A stretch of DNA of 64,000 nt. Origin: Candidatus Latescibacterota bacterium (lineage in GTDB: Bacteria > Latescibacterota > UBA2968 > UBA8231). The translations under genes were made by a program, and so were the position numbers. The first letter of the stretch is position 1, and the number at the start of each line of letters is the position of its first letter. This document shows, piece after piece, positions 29,254 to 40,044 of the stretch. The notes beneath the pieces were generated by a model that did no database searches, had not been told where the DNA came from, and saw only the letters and a list, made by a program, of their open reading frames with translations. The DNA is taken from NCBI GenBank assembly GCA_965206595.1, contig OZ242214.1, positions 2,912,001-2,976,000 on the forward strand, read 5' to 3'.

Positions 29254-30035
29254 TTACGACCGGTCCGGGTCGGGCAAGTCCGCGCCGGCGGCGCGAGCCG
29301 AAGGGAGTTCGGCGACAAGGATAGCCCAGCGAAGCTCCAGCCGCTTGACCCGCTCGGCCATATCCAAAGGATAGCGCCAATCCGGCTCATTCCTTTTGTC
29401 CATGCTGCATGAATCGAGATCCTTGAAAAGATCCATGCGGCAAGTCTTGTATTCCCTGAATTTGTACTGGTAGAGGCGGGACTGCCCGGGTGCAACCCTG
29501 AAAGTTTTCGGAGTGACGAGGGCGACGTAGACGCGATCGGCATACCTTCCCCGGCCCTGGAAACAGAGGGCATTCTCCGCCACGCGGGCCAGTTGGTTCC
29601 GGTGAGGGTCATGGGTAACGTCATGGGATAGATCCGAATACATCTTCATCTCGCAAAAACATACCCAGGGCTCGAAAACATCGTCGAGCTCTACCCCTCC
29701 CCTGGTATCGCCTCGGCCGCTGATGGTGCCGACAGCGAGGTCGAGGTGGGTATTCCCTTCCTGTTTTCTCGGGGGCATCGGCATGGCTTCCAGCCATATC
29801 CTGGGATTGGGGTTGAACAGGTTGGCACCGGTCAGGATTTTCGTGAGCCGCGCCACGCCCTGGGAACCCGCAATCGCGTACCCGCAGGAGGCCAGGAAAG
29901 TCCAGAGCTGCTCATCCCGCCCAACCGAACCTCCGCACACCCGCGCTACCAAGTCCTTCCAGTCGACGCTGCCCAGAGTGAGCGTGCTTTTACCGAGTCC
30001 TTGTTATCATACAACAAATCAGCAAGTGGATTCAC
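29254..30035 (-). CDS. Putative PD-(D/E)XK nuclease-like protein, frameshifted near the 5' end
   Basis: NTHLDL...FCEMKMYSD..RNQLAR motif; GTG start at 30035 joins the main frame if one A is added in the AAAA run near 29990. Confidence 0.55.
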
Positions 30036-30117
30036 CGCATGTCTCCTTGTTTGGGGTGCTTTCTCCCGCCGCACCCGGGTTGAATAAGGGGGATGGGGAT
30101 ATCCAGCCGGCCGCGAG

Positions 30118-30995
30118 CTACCCGGCACTACCGGGCCGGAAAAAGGGCGCCTGTGCGGGCGGCCGCAATGCAGTCGCCCCTTCCTCCCCCTCCTCGGCGA
30201 ACGGCCCCTCCCTTTCAAGCCGTTCCCATACGCGCCGGAACTCCTCGCTGCCGTCCTCCTGCCAGAGCTCGAAACCGATGCCGCGGATCGCCCCTTCCTC
30301 GGTGCCCGTCTCCCTGCCGACGTTGGGGAAGGACTGGGTGTACAGGGTCGTGCCGTAGGGCAGGCGCAGCACCCCGATGCTTCTCGGTATGCTCTCGTAA
30401 GGATCGGGGTTGGCCGCCAGCCGGTGCAGGGCCTCCTCGTCGACCTCGACACCGAGGCCGGGAGCCTCGGGCACGCGCGCGCAGCCCTCGCTCACCCGGA
30501 TCGGCTCGCGCAGGACGTCCTCCTCGTACTGCTCCATCTGCGTGATCGCGTGGCCGGTATGCGGTGGGCAGCACCGCGGCGAGGTGCAGAACCAGGGCGG
30601 TGCTCAGCCCGTTGTCGACCAGCTGGAACATCACCTGGGTGCGGAGAGCAGGGCCGCGTCCAGGCGGCCAGCGACACCGCGTCGCGCCGCTTCTGCCCCA
30701 TCAGCTTGTAGGCCGGGACCTCGAGCCGCTTCCCCATCAGGTCGTACAGGGCCGCCACCAGGCCGTGGTTGAGGTTGCTGCCGATGAAGTCGAACGGGTC
30801 GCGGCCGATGACGGACTCCACCGCGGACCGGGGCGGCACCGGGCCCCGCGTCTCCCCGTAGCCGACGAGCCCGGAGTCGGTGGCGACGCGGTACACGGCG
30901 ATCTTGGAGACCTGCCCGTAGAAGGCGAAGTTGCCGCGGTTGCGGGCCTGGTTTCGGGGGTGGATCTGGAAGACGTCTACGTCGGTGATTTTCAT
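30118..30995 (-). pseudogene. Mandelate racemase/enolase-superfamily gene copy B with internal deletion and frameshift
   Basis: N-terminus same as copy A, jumps at ~30640 to ALVLHLAAVLP, then EQYEEDVLREPIRVSEGCARVPEAPGLGVEVD in another frame. Confidence 0.8.
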
Positions 30996-31001
30996 GGCGG
31001 G
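30652..31001. repeat. Direct repeat copy 2
   Basis: Matches 27340-27689. Confidence 0.92.
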
Positions 31002-31052
31002 CCTGGGGCTCCCGGCGGCAGCAACAGGGGCAGGAGGCCTGGAGGGGGAACG

Positions 31053-31248
31053 TCAGAAGGCTTTTTCGCCGCCGGATTCCTTCAGTATGTGGTTGGCAGG
31101 TGTGACGAGATTTTATTTGTCGGGCAACGGTAACGTGTCTTTTTGTCAGAGGGCTATACCAGATCTCGTGACTGCCCTTTCCATCTCGAACTTTATGGCA
31201 CCCCATATCCGTGAGCAGTCTTCTGACCTGCCTTGAAAAATCCGCCAC
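31053..31248 (-). pseudogene. hicA: HicA mRNA interferase toxin, +1 frameshift near the 3' end
   Basis: RDGKGSHEIWYSP..KSRHT, then ANHILKESGGEKAF* after removing one C near 31100. Confidence 0.8.
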
Positions 31249-31481
31249 TACACAAACTCAAGCACTGTTTCGCCGTGTATTTTGCAGGGAAGGGGGGCGG
31301 CCGTGTCGCCTGTAACGCCGTTCAGGCGCAGCAATTCCGGCACCAGACTGCGCGCCTCCTCGATTATGCCATCGAGGGTGTCTGCTTCAATGACCAAGCC
31401 CGGGACCTCCTCACTGGTGGCAACCCATACCTTCGCTTCGGAATCCCAGATCGAATTGATAGTGATCTCTCTGACAACCAT
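31248..31481 (-). CDS. HicB-like antitoxin (DUF1902)
   Basis: WDSEAKVWVATSEEVPGLVIEADTLD; TAGTG overlap with hicA. Confidence 0.88.
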   Translation of the reverse strand: MVVREITINSIWDSEAKVWVATSEEVPGLVIEADTLDGIIEEARSLVPELLRLNGVTGDTAAPLPCKIHGETVLEFV

Positions 31482-32082
31482 ATCGCTCCTCCTTTGATTC
31501 GAAACAGAGCCGGAACCGATCAGCACGTTTTCGCCCCTTGCTCCCTCTGGACAGAAGCCTTGCTGGTCCGGGTACCCCATGCCGATGGGTCCGGCGCCGC
31601 CTTGCGGCGGCGAAGATCACCTTGCTAAATCGTTCTGTCAACGCGATCTCCCCTCCCAAATCAGCAGGCAACGGGGTTCGGCGAAATGGTCCGGGCCAGG
31701 GAGGCAGCCGGACCCATCGGCGAAACCGAGAGGAGCTCCGATCCTGATGGGAAAGGGGATTCTTCGACCGGGCCTGGAGGCTCAATGGGGGCGGACGGAG
31801 GGACACAGCCCGCGTCACTTGACCGGTTCTGGATGACGGCCTTATTAGTTGAAGACGACAGGCTTCCATTCCATGGACCTGGTACTGACGGTTCTGCAAG
31901 AAGAAGCCGGAGGAAACTCGAAGGCGCGAAAAGATCTGGACCATGGTGATGAAGGCATGGCTGAAAACCCGTATTCCCGAAAAAATCCAGTTGCGGGTGG
32001 CGTCTGACTGGCTACCATCCTGCAATCTGATTCAGCGACTCAACGCGATGTCGAGGGGATCAGCATCGGGGCAGAATGAGAA

Positions 32083-33177
32083 ATGCAAACCAAGAAGCAG
32101 ACGCAACTAGACGTTGTATCCAGGGTCAGATCCAGGCATGACTTGCGGTCCAAGGACGTCTGCGAGGCCGTCGGAAACGATCTGCTTTTACTGGATCTCA
32201 TCGAAACTCCAGCGTTCCAGCGTTTGAAAGATATCCGATTCCTCGGAGCTATTGATTACCGTCTGATCTCTTCGCCAAATGGAAAACCAGGGGCAATCAG
32301 GTACACTCGCTACGAGCACAGTCTTGGAGTCGTTCGGTTGGCAAGCATGTACTGCGCAAGCCAGGAAATGCCATCGGCTGATCAACGGTTGGTTTGCGTT
32401 GCGGCCTTGCTCCACGACGTCGGACATCCTCCGCTGTCACATTCGATGGAATCCGTCTTCAGGGAGAAATGCAGTATCGATCACCATAGAGCGACGGAAG
32501 AAATAATCCGTGGCCGAGTCTCTCTGGGCGAAATGGTCTTTTCAACGCTTCGACGCCATGGTGCAGATGTGGATAGGTTAATCGCAGTTATTTCCGGTGA
32601 ATGTACGGAGTTCCATGGTTTCTTTAACGGTCCAATCAGTTTCGATACCATCGAAGGCATTCTTCGTTCTTTCCGTTATACCCAAAAAACTCCTACTACC
32701 CCGAATCCAGACAGCGTAACGTTTGCTGCCATAAGACGAACAGCCTTACAAGACCGGGTAATGGTTGATGAGTTCTGGCAGACCAAAAACCTCGTTTATA
32801 AGACCATTGTCAATTCACGAGAGGGGATTCTTTCAGACTTCGCATGCCGGCTCTTCCTGCTGCGCAATCCTGAGTACATTAATCTCGAATATTACTTTGC
32901 AACTGAGGCCAGGTTGTTTCGGAAACTGCCGGGTTTGAGAAAGCTGCTGATAAGTAGCTCGTTCGAGGAGGAAATTACGAGAATGATTGATGAACCTGTC
33001 CGTTATTGGTATCGTGATTACTATATTGATCAAAAGGGTGACTTCTTTACTCGGCAAGACAGTGTCCGTTACCGGCATAGTCGCAATATAGCCACTTTGC
33101 AACTCAAGGATTGGTCTAGGTTGGCGACCACGGAAACCGATTTTCAAGGAGGGTTGTTCGATGACAACCGCCTATGA
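32083..33177 (+). CDS. HD-domain phosphohydrolase (SAMHD1/dNTP triphosphohydrolase-like)
   Basis: FQRLKDIRFLG, TRYEHSLGV, ALLHDVGHPPLSHSME; low GC. Confidence 0.9.
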   Translation: MQTKKQTQLDVVSRVRSRHDLRSKDVCEAVGNDLLLLDLIETPAFQRLKDIRFLGAIDYRLISSPNGKPGAIRYTRYEHSLGVVRLASMYCASQEMPSADQRLVCVAALLHDVGHPPLSHSMESVFREKCSIDHHRATEEIIRGRVSLGEMVFSTLRRHGADVDRLIAVISGECTEFHGFFNGPISFDTIEGILRSFRYTQKTPTTPNPDSVTFAAIRRTALQDRVMVDEFWQTKNLVYKTIVNSREGILSDFACRLFLLRNPEYINLEYYFATEARLFRKLPGLRKLLISSSFEEEITRMIDEPVRYWYRDYYIDQKGDFFTRQDSVRYRHSRNIATLQLKDWSRLATTETDFQGGLFDDNRL

Positions 33178-34093
33178 GCGCAATTTTGAATATTCCGGAA
33201 ATACCCTTGCCCAAATCAGAAAGCATTTTAAAGAGAATGAACTTGGCGATAAAATACTTGTGGTATGCGGTTCATATGCTCGACGGGAGGCTTCCAAGAA
33301 CTCGGATATCGATTTTTTCCTAATTTCTGGCGACACAACCGAAGATGCTTCGTTAATCCATACTGTAGGATCTGCCATCAGGGAAGTCGTACCGCACGCA
33401 TCGGCAAAAAATGGACCTTTTCAAGGAAATGAAAACAGCTCCGAGATGCTTCGAAATATCGGGGGTGAAAATGACGACAACCCGAAGCTTACCCGTCGCG
33501 TACTGCTTCTTCTCGAAGGCGAATGGTTGTTCAATGAAAAAGGGCTTAGAGATTTTCGGCGAAAGATCCTCGAGCACTATATCCGGGACGAAATGAAAGA
33601 TCAGATGTTGGCGCTGTTTTTACTCAATGACATCATCAGGTACTACCGAACCATTGCCGTAGACTATGAATTCAAGACCTATGGAGGTGAAGACCCAAAG
33701 CCCTGGGGTATACGAAACATAAAACTGGTTTTTTCAAGAAAACTTCTCTATGCCAGTGGTTTGTTTAGCATTGCCATGACAGCCGACCGCGCGAGAGATG
33801 TTAAAATCTCATTACTGGAAGAATTGCTCGCCCTTCCCGTAATTGAACGAATGAAGTCGATATGTGGAGAATCCGAAATAGATCCCGGTCTGAGGAGTTA
33901 TAACCTCTTTCTTGAAAAGCTTGCCGATCCCAAGGTCCAGGATTGTTTGAATAAACTACAGCACTCAGAACGTCAAGACCCACTTTTTCGGGAACTTAAA
34001 AACGAGGGACATCAGTTCACTCGTCAATTGTTGAAACTATTTGAGAACACATTTGACTCTACTCATCCGATTCGACGGGCCGTAGTATTCTAA
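33161..34093 (+). CDS. Pol-beta-superfamily nucleotidyltransferase
   Basis: GSYARREASKNSDIDF (GS..DxD); TRRVLLLLEG; FLLNDIIRYYRT; overlaps the HD gene by 17 bp. Confidence 0.88.
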   Translation: MTTAYERNFEYSGNTLAQIRKHFKENELGDKILVVCGSYARREASKNSDIDFFLISGDTTEDASLIHTVGSAIREVVPHASAKNGPFQGNENSSEMLRNIGGENDDNPKLTRRVLLLLEGEWLFNEKGLRDFRRKILEHYIRDEMKDQMLALFLLNDIIRYYRTIAVDYEFKTYGGEDPKPWGIRNIKLVFSRKLLYASGLFSIAMTADRARDVKISLLEELLALPVIERMKSICGESEIDPGLRSYNLFLEKLADPKVQDCLNKLQHSERQDPLFRELKNEGHQFTRQLLKLFENTFDSTHPIRRAVVF

Positions 34094-34217
34094 AGTGTTT
34101 CCCTTTCGGGCACTTAGCGCCTTTTCATCCTGCGTCCAGCGCCCGCTAAATTGATCTCGCCGGGGCATAAGCCGTCCCTCCAGAAATTCCTCCGCACCAC
34201 CAATCCGGCATCCACCA

Positions 34218-35597
34218 ATGAACCCATTCACCAACGCCCGCCCTGAACTCGAGGCCCTCCTCGGGGAGCGCCTGTCGGTGGCCGGCGACGTCCTCGCCTC
34301 CCACTCGAAGGACGCCTCCCACCACCGGCCGCAGCCGCCCCAGGCGGTCGCCTTCCCGAACGGCAATCCCGAGGTCGCGGCCCTGGTCGAGATCTGCCGG
34401 CGCCACCGCCTGCCGGTCATTCCCTTCGGCAAGGGGACCGCAGTGGAAGGGGGCGTGGTCGCGGTCAGCGGCGGGCTCAGCGTCGACCTCTCCCGCATGA
34501 ACGCCATCCTCGAGGTCAACCCAGGCGACCTCGACGCCAGGGTCGAGGCGGGGGTGACGCGCAAGCAGCTCAACCGCCATCTCGCGGAGGCCTTTACCGG
34601 CCTGCACTTCCCCGTCGACCCGGGGGCCGACGCCAGCCTCGGCGGCATGGCCGCCACCCGCGCCTCCGGCACCGAGGCGGTCGGCTACGGGACCATGCGC
34701 GAGAACGTGCTGGGGTTGACGGTGGTGACCGCGGACGCACGGCTGGTGCGGACCGGCGGCCGGGCGCGCAAATCCGCCGCCGGGTACGACCTCACCCGGC
34801 TGCTGGTCGGCTCCGAAGGGACCCTCGGCATCATCACCGAGGTCTGCGTCAGGCTGGCGCGCCTCCCAGCGGCGATCGCCGCCACGGTCTGCCCCTTTCC
34901 CGGCATCGAAGCGGCCGCCGCCGCGGTGATCGAGCTGATTACCTCAGGCATCCGGATCGCCCGCAGCGAGCTCCTCGACGAGATCCAGATCGACGCCGTC
35001 AACCGCTACGCCGGCTTCGACCACCCGGTCACGCCGACGCTGTTCCTCGAGTTCCACGGCAGCGAGCTGGCCGTTGCCGAGGAGGCCGCGGCAGCCGGGG
35101 CCATCGCCGCCCGCCACGGCGGCGCGGATTTCCGCTGGGCCACCGAGGCTCCGGAGCGGGAGCGCCTATGGCAAGCCCGCCACGACGGGTACTACGCCTG
35201 CCTGGCCCTGCGCCCCGGCTCGGTCGGGTACGTCACCGACGTCTGCGTGCCGGTTTCACGGCTGGCCGACTGCATACTGCGAGCCAAGCAGGACCTCGCC
35301 GGCTCGGAGCTGATCGCCCCGGTCTTCGGGCACGTGGGGGACGGCAACTTCCACGTCGTCTACCTGCTCGACCCGCAGCGGCCCCAAGAGCTGGAGGAAG
35401 CCCGCCGGCTCGGGGACCGCCTGGTCGCCCACGCCCTCGAGCTGGGCGGCACCTGCAGCGGCGAGCACGGCATCGGCATCGGCAAGCTCGACGCCCTCGA
35501 GCGCGAGTGCGGCGAGGGGGTGTCGCTCATGCGCGACATCAAGCGTGCCCTGGATCCGGACAACATCATGAATCCGGGAAAGGTAGTGCGGCTGTAG
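34218..35597 (+). CDS. FAD-linked oxidase (D-lactate dehydrogenase/GlcD family)
   Basis: PVDPGADASLGGMAATRASG, GSEGTLGIITE, GHVGDGNFH, SGEHGIGIGK, MNPGK. Confidence 0.93.
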   Translation: MNPFTNARPELEALLGERLSVAGDVLASHSKDASHHRPQPPQAVAFPNGNPEVAALVEICRRHRLPVIPFGKGTAVEGGVVAVSGGLSVDLSRMNAILEVNPGDLDARVEAGVTRKQLNRHLAEAFTGLHFPVDPGADASLGGMAATRASGTEAVGYGTMRENVLGLTVVTADARLVRTGGRARKSAAGYDLTRLLVGSEGTLGIITEVCVRLARLPAAIAATVCPFPGIEAAAAAVIELITSGIRIARSELLDEIQIDAVNRYAGFDHPVTPTLFLEFHGSELAVAEEAAAAGAIAARHGGADFRWATEAPERERLWQARHDGYYACLALRPGSVGYVTDVCVPVSRLADCILRAKQDLAGSELIAPVFGHVGDGNFHVVYLLDPQRPQELEEARRLGDRLVAHALELGGTCSGEHGIGIGKLDALERECGEGVSLMRDIKRALDPDNIMNPGKVVRL

Positions 35598-35722
35598 CCC
35601 CTCGGAGGGGCCGCGAAGGCCGCGATCGGCTTTACCCTCGGCAGGCGATTTTCTATCGTTTGCCGCCCTCGACGGCGCCGGTACCCCGCGCCGGAAGCAA
35701 GCCTCCCACCCGGAAAAGCCTC

Positions 35723-36949
35723 ATGAAGATCACCGACGTAGAAGTCTTCCACATCAACCCTCGCCTGGCCGACCGCAACGCCGGCCAGAAGCCGCGCTTC
35801 GCCGGCATCGACACCCAGACCGTGTACAAGGTCACCACCGACAACGGCATCGTCGGCTACGGCGAAACGCGCGGCCACTCCCACCTCCCCGAAAAAACCC
35901 TCGACGCGCTCGTCGGCCGCAATCCCTTCGAGCTCGTCAACGCCCCCTGGACCGGCGGCCTCGCCGGGGCCCTCTTCGACGTCATGGGCAAGCACGTCGA
36001 GCTGCCGGCGTACCGGCTTATGGGGGAGAAGGTGCGGGAGCGCATTCCGGTGGCGGCCTGGACGCGTCCGGCTTCCCCTGAGGATCTGGCCTCTGAGGTG
36101 CAGCGCGCCGCGGACGAGGGGTACACCCTCTTCAAGATCCACACCTGCACCTACTACGACGTGCTCGAGCAGCACCGGGCGGTCGAGGACGTCGCCCCCC
36201 CGGGATTCCTCATGCACTACGACTTCAACCACAACCGCACCCCGGGCTCGGTGTCGCGGCTGATCGAGGAGCTGGAGAAGTCGCCGTTTACCGGCTTCAT
36301 CGAGGATCCGATGCGCTGGCAGGACCTCGACGGCTGGCGCTCCCTGCGGGCGCGGACGCGGCTGCCGCTGGTGATGCACGTGCCCCAGCTCGGAGGCGGA
36401 CAGGAGATCATCCACGGATGCGCCGACATGTACATGGTCGGCGAAGGGGGTCCGTTCACCCCGGTGCAGCGCGGCTTCGCCTGCGCCCAGGCCAACCTGT
36501 CGGTGGTAATCCAGATGACCGGCGGCACCCTGTGCAAGGCCCTGGCCATGCACCTGGGGGCGGTGCTGCCGAACCTGTCGCATTCCATCAACCTCGACGA
36601 CCAGTACGGCGAGGACGTCACCGGCGGCCGCCTCGAGGTCGCCGAGGGCAGCACCCCGGTCCCCGAGGAGCCGGGGCTCGGCGTCTCCGTGGACGAGGCG
36701 GAGTTGGCGCGCATGGCCCGAAACCCGAAGACGGTGCTGCCGCGCTACATCACGGTGATGCGCCTGCCCCGCGGCGGCGTCTACTCGATGGCGGGCTGGC
36801 CCAAGGTCGAAAGCGCGACCGGTTTTGCCGAGGGAAACATCAGGGGGATCCGCCTCGACGTGCGCGACGACGACGGCAGCGACGAGTTCGACCGCCTCTA
36901 CCGGGAGCTCTCGGAGCAGGGCCCCCGCTTCGACAACCCGAACGCCTGA
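35723..36949 (+). CDS. Mandelate racemase/muconate-lactonizing enzyme family protein
   Basis: MKITDVEVF, ALFDVMGK, FKIH, YDFN, IEDP, PGLGVSVD. Confidence 0.88.
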   Translation: MKITDVEVFHINPRLADRNAGQKPRFAGIDTQTVYKVTTDNGIVGYGETRGHSHLPEKTLDALVGRNPFELVNAPWTGGLAGALFDVMGKHVELPAYRLMGEKVRERIPVAAWTRPASPEDLASEVQRAADEGYTLFKIHTCTYYDVLEQHRAVEDVAPPGFLMHYDFNHNRTPGSVSRLIEELEKSPFTGFIEDPMRWQDLDGWRSLRARTRLPLVMHVPQLGGGQEIIHGCADMYMVGEGGPFTPVQRGFACAQANLSVVIQMTGGTLCKALAMHLGAVLPNLSHSINLDDQYGEDVTGGRLEVAEGSTPVPEEPGLGVSVDEAELARMARNPKTVLPRYITVMRLPRGGVYSMAGWPKVESATGFAEGNIRGIRLDVRDDDGSDEFDRLYRELSEQGPRFDNPNA

Positions 36950-37047
36950 GCGCAGCCGGCCCGGTATCCACCACCCCACAAGCCGGCCGCCCTGTGCGGC
37001 CGAGCGATAGCGGAGACAGCTCGCGCTGTGCTCAAGAGCGACATCGA

Positions 37048-38187
37048 ATGACTCTCATCGACCAACTGACCCGCATCGGCAAGGGCAGGACGGGCCGCGC
37101 CTCCTCGTGGGACACCAGCGGCCGCAACGCCGACTTCTGGGCCTTCGAACCGGGGGAATCCCGGGTGCTCGCCGACATCGACGGCCCCGGCGCCATCACC
37201 CACCTGTGGATGACCCAGCCCAACCACTACCGCGAGGTGCTGCTGAAGATCACCTGGGACAATGCCGGGCAGCCGAGCGTGCTCTGTCCGCTCGGGGACT
37301 TCTTCGGGCTCGGCCACGGGATCGTCAACTCCTACCAGTCGCTCCTGTTCAGCGCCTCGACCCGCCGCGACAACTGCTTCAACGAGGGGTGCGCCCTCAA
37401 CAGCTACGCGCGCATGCCGTTCCGCGAGCGCGCCGTCGTCGAGCTCGTCAACGAGAGCAGGGAGCTTCACCGCCAGTACTTCTACGTCGACTACGAGCAG
37501 GACGCCTCGTCGCCGCCCGAGGACGCCGGGTATTTCCACGCCGAGTTCCGCCGCGAGAACCCGTTCGGCGGCTGGTCGCACGACATCCTCGTCAACCACC
37601 CGGAAGCCGACGTCGTCAACAAGGAGCGCACCGCCTGGGAGAACAACTACGTCATCCTCGACACCGCGGGCCGCGGCCACTACATCGGCTGCAACCTCAG
37701 CGTCACCAACTTCCAGGGGACCTGGTGGGGGGAGGGGGACGACATGATCTGGGTCGACGGGTACAAGTGGCCCCCCGACCTGCACGGCACCGGCAGCGAG
37801 GACTACCTCAACCAGGCCTGGGGCATGCAGGACAACGCCTTCCTGCGCAACGGCTCGTCGATCCACGAGGAGAACACCGGCGGCTACCAGACCAGCTACG
37901 TCCACCACCTCGAAAACCCGGTCCGCTTCGAGAGGGAGATCAGGGTCACCATCGAGCACGGGCACGGGAATCACCTCTGCAACGAGATGAGCAGCGTCGC
38001 CTACTGGTACGCGGCGGAGCCGGGACGGGTGAAGAAGCCGCCCCCGGTGGCCAGGCGCATGCCGGTGCTGCGCGACAACCAGGGGAACTGGCTGGACCAG
38101 CGCCGCAACCAGACGACGTCGAGGCGGGTCGAGCCGAACCGCGAGATGCGGGTAATGGCGGAGAAGTGGAAGAAGCGGGGCTCATAG
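37048..38187 (+). CDS. DUF2961 / glycoside hydrolase family 172 protein
   Basis: GPGAITHLWMT, PLGDFFGLGHG, WWGEGDDM, GTGSEDY, SSVAYWY. Confidence 0.9.
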   Translation: MTLIDQLTRIGKGRTGRASSWDTSGRNADFWAFEPGESRVLADIDGPGAITHLWMTQPNHYREVLLKITWDNAGQPSVLCPLGDFFGLGHGIVNSYQSLLFSASTRRDNCFNEGCALNSYARMPFRERAVVELVNESRELHRQYFYVDYEQDASSPPEDAGYFHAEFRRENPFGGWSHDILVNHPEADVVNKERTAWENNYVILDTAGRGHYIGCNLSVTNFQGTWWGEGDDMIWVDGYKWPPDLHGTGSEDYLNQAWGMQDNAFLRNGSSIHEENTGGYQTSYVHHLENPVRFEREIRVTIEHGHGNHLCNEMSSVAYWYAAEPGRVKKPPPVARRMPVLRDNQGNWLDQRRNQTTSRRVEPNREMRVMAEKWKKRGS

Positions 38188-38398
38188 CGGGTGGACGCGC
38201 GATGCCGCTTTCATCCGTTTGCCGCGGCATCCGGGGATACATCACGGTCCGATCCAGCACCGGATCATCTGTGCCATCTTGTTCCTCGCTCCCCGCTGAC
38301 AGGCATCGCTCCCCCTGAGGCCCGGCTTTCGACGCGTTTCCTGATCCCTGCCGCAATGTCCTCACCCACCCGCATGCAAGACGAATCCGCGGACTGCC

Positions 38399-39337
38399 TT
38401 GGTTGAACCGTCCTTCGAGCCGGCCGTCTTCGCGCCCTCGGGACTCGAGGGCGAGGCCCTGTACTTCGCCTTCCGCGGCGACCGCCTGCTGGTGCGGATG
38501 GCGGAAGGCCGCGCCGAGGTTCCGCGGCTGACCTCCTTCGCCGAAGCCGGAGTGAAGACGGACACGGGTCCGGGGGAACGGAAAGATGGCGGCCCTGCAC
38601 AAGGGGAATCCCCGGGAGCCGGCGGCGCCGTCCCGGCCGAGCATTACCTCGGGGCCATCGCCGATGCCCACCCCGGCAAGCACGCCGGCCTCCCCTGCTT
38701 CGCCGTCGATCTTCCCGCCTCCGCCGAGGCGGCCGACGGCCTCGCCTTCGAGGGGCTGAGGCAGCTCTTCGGCCTCATCGACGAGGAGCTGTTCGCCGTG
38801 GCCGGCCGCGCCTTCCAGGTCGTTCAGTGGGACCGCACCCACCGCTTCTGCGGGCGCTGCGGCGGCGCCACCGTCCACCACGAGCGGGACCGCGCCCGCC
38901 AGTGCCCGGGCTGCGGCCTGGTCTCCTACCCGAGAGTATCGCCGGCCGTCATCGTCCTCGTCAGCCGCGGCGACCGCTTCCTGCTCGCCCGCAACGCCAG
39001 CTTCCCCGGAAAGCGCTACAGCATCCTCGCCGGTTTCGTCGAGGCCGGGGAGACCCTCGAGACCGCGGTGGTCCGCGAGATCCGCGAGGAGGTCGGCATC
39101 GAAGTCCGCGCCGTCACCTACTTCGGCAGCCAGCCGTGGCCGTTCCCCCACTCCCTGATGGTCGGCTTCACCGCGGAGCACGCCTCCGGGGAGATCGCCA
39201 TCGACGGCGAGGAGATCGTCGACGCGGGGTGGTACAGTGCGGACCCGGAGCAGCTTCCCGAGCTGCCGAACCGGATCAGCATCTCGCGCCGGATCATCGA
39301 TTCGTTCCTGAACGCCCACGGGGTGCACCTCCCGTGA
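38399..39337 (+). CDS. nudC: NADH pyrophosphatase
   Basis: FCGRCG..CPGC zinc ribbon, YPRVSPAVIV, Nudix box GFVEAGETLETAVVREIREEVG, SQPWPFPHSLM. Confidence 0.95.
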   Translation: MVEPSFEPAVFAPSGLEGEALYFAFRGDRLLVRMAEGRAEVPRLTSFAEAGVKTDTGPGERKDGGPAQGESPGAGGAVPAEHYLGAIADAHPGKHAGLPCFAVDLPASAEAADGLAFEGLRQLFGLIDEELFAVAGRAFQVVQWDRTHRFCGRCGGATVHHERDRARQCPGCGLVSYPRVSPAVIVLVSRGDRFLLARNASFPGKRYSILAGFVEAGETLETAVVREIREEVGIEVRAVTYFGSQPWPFPHSLMVGFTAEHASGEIAIDGEEIVDAGWYSADPEQLPELPNRISISRRIIDSFLNAHGVHLP

Positions 39338-39996
39338 CGGCCCGGGGCAAGCCCTTCACCCGGGCGCAGAAGGCAGAGGTGATCGCCAGCACCCTCGACG
39401 AGCTGTTCCCGGCGCCGGCGATCCCGCTGCGGCACCGCGACCCCTACACCCTGCTGGTCGCCGTGGTGCTGTCGGCGCAGTGCACGGACGCGCGCGTCAA
39501 CGAGGTGACCCCGGTGCTGTTCGCCGCAGCGGATACCGCCGAAAAGATGGCGCGGCTGACGGCGGCGCAGATCGAGAAGATCATCAAGCCCTGCGGGCTG
39601 GCCCCCACCAAGGCGAAGAACATCCGCGAGACGTCCCGCATCCTGGCCGAGCAGTACGGGGGGGAGGTGCCGCGCAGCCTCGCCGAGCTGGAGGAGCTGC
39701 CGGGAGTCGGGCACAAGACGGCGCAGGTGGTGGTGTCGCAGGCTTTCGGCATCCCCGCCTTTCCCGTCGACACCCACATCCACAGGCTGGCTTACCGCTG
39801 GGGGCTGTCGACGGGCAGGAACGTCGTGCAGACCGAGAAGGACCTGAAGCGCACCTTCCCGAAGGAACGCTGGAACGACCTCCACAAGCAGATCATCTAC
39901 TTCGGCCGCCAGTACTGCCCGGCCCGCGGCCACGACCCGGAGGAGTGCGTCCTGTGCCGCGTCGTCGGCCGCAGGAGCCTGTTCGCGAAGCGGTAG
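39334..39996 (+). CDS. nth: Endonuclease III
   Basis: LSAQCTDARVN, LPGVGHKTA, FPVDTHIHR; GTGA overlap with nudC. Confidence 0.95.
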   Translation: MTARGKPFTRAQKAEVIASTLDELFPAPAIPLRHRDPYTLLVAVVLSAQCTDARVNEVTPVLFAAADTAEKMARLTAAQIEKIIKPCGLAPTKAKNIRETSRILAEQYGGEVPRSLAELEELPGVGHKTAQVVVSQAFGIPAFPVDTHIHRLAYRWGLSTGRNVVQTEKDLKRTFPKERWNDLHKQIIYFGRQYCPARGHDPEECVLCRVVGRRSLFAKR

Positions 39997-40044
39997 GGTG
40001 AGGAGGGAAGGTGGGTGGGGGTCTGGGGGTCTTGAATCCTTCGG

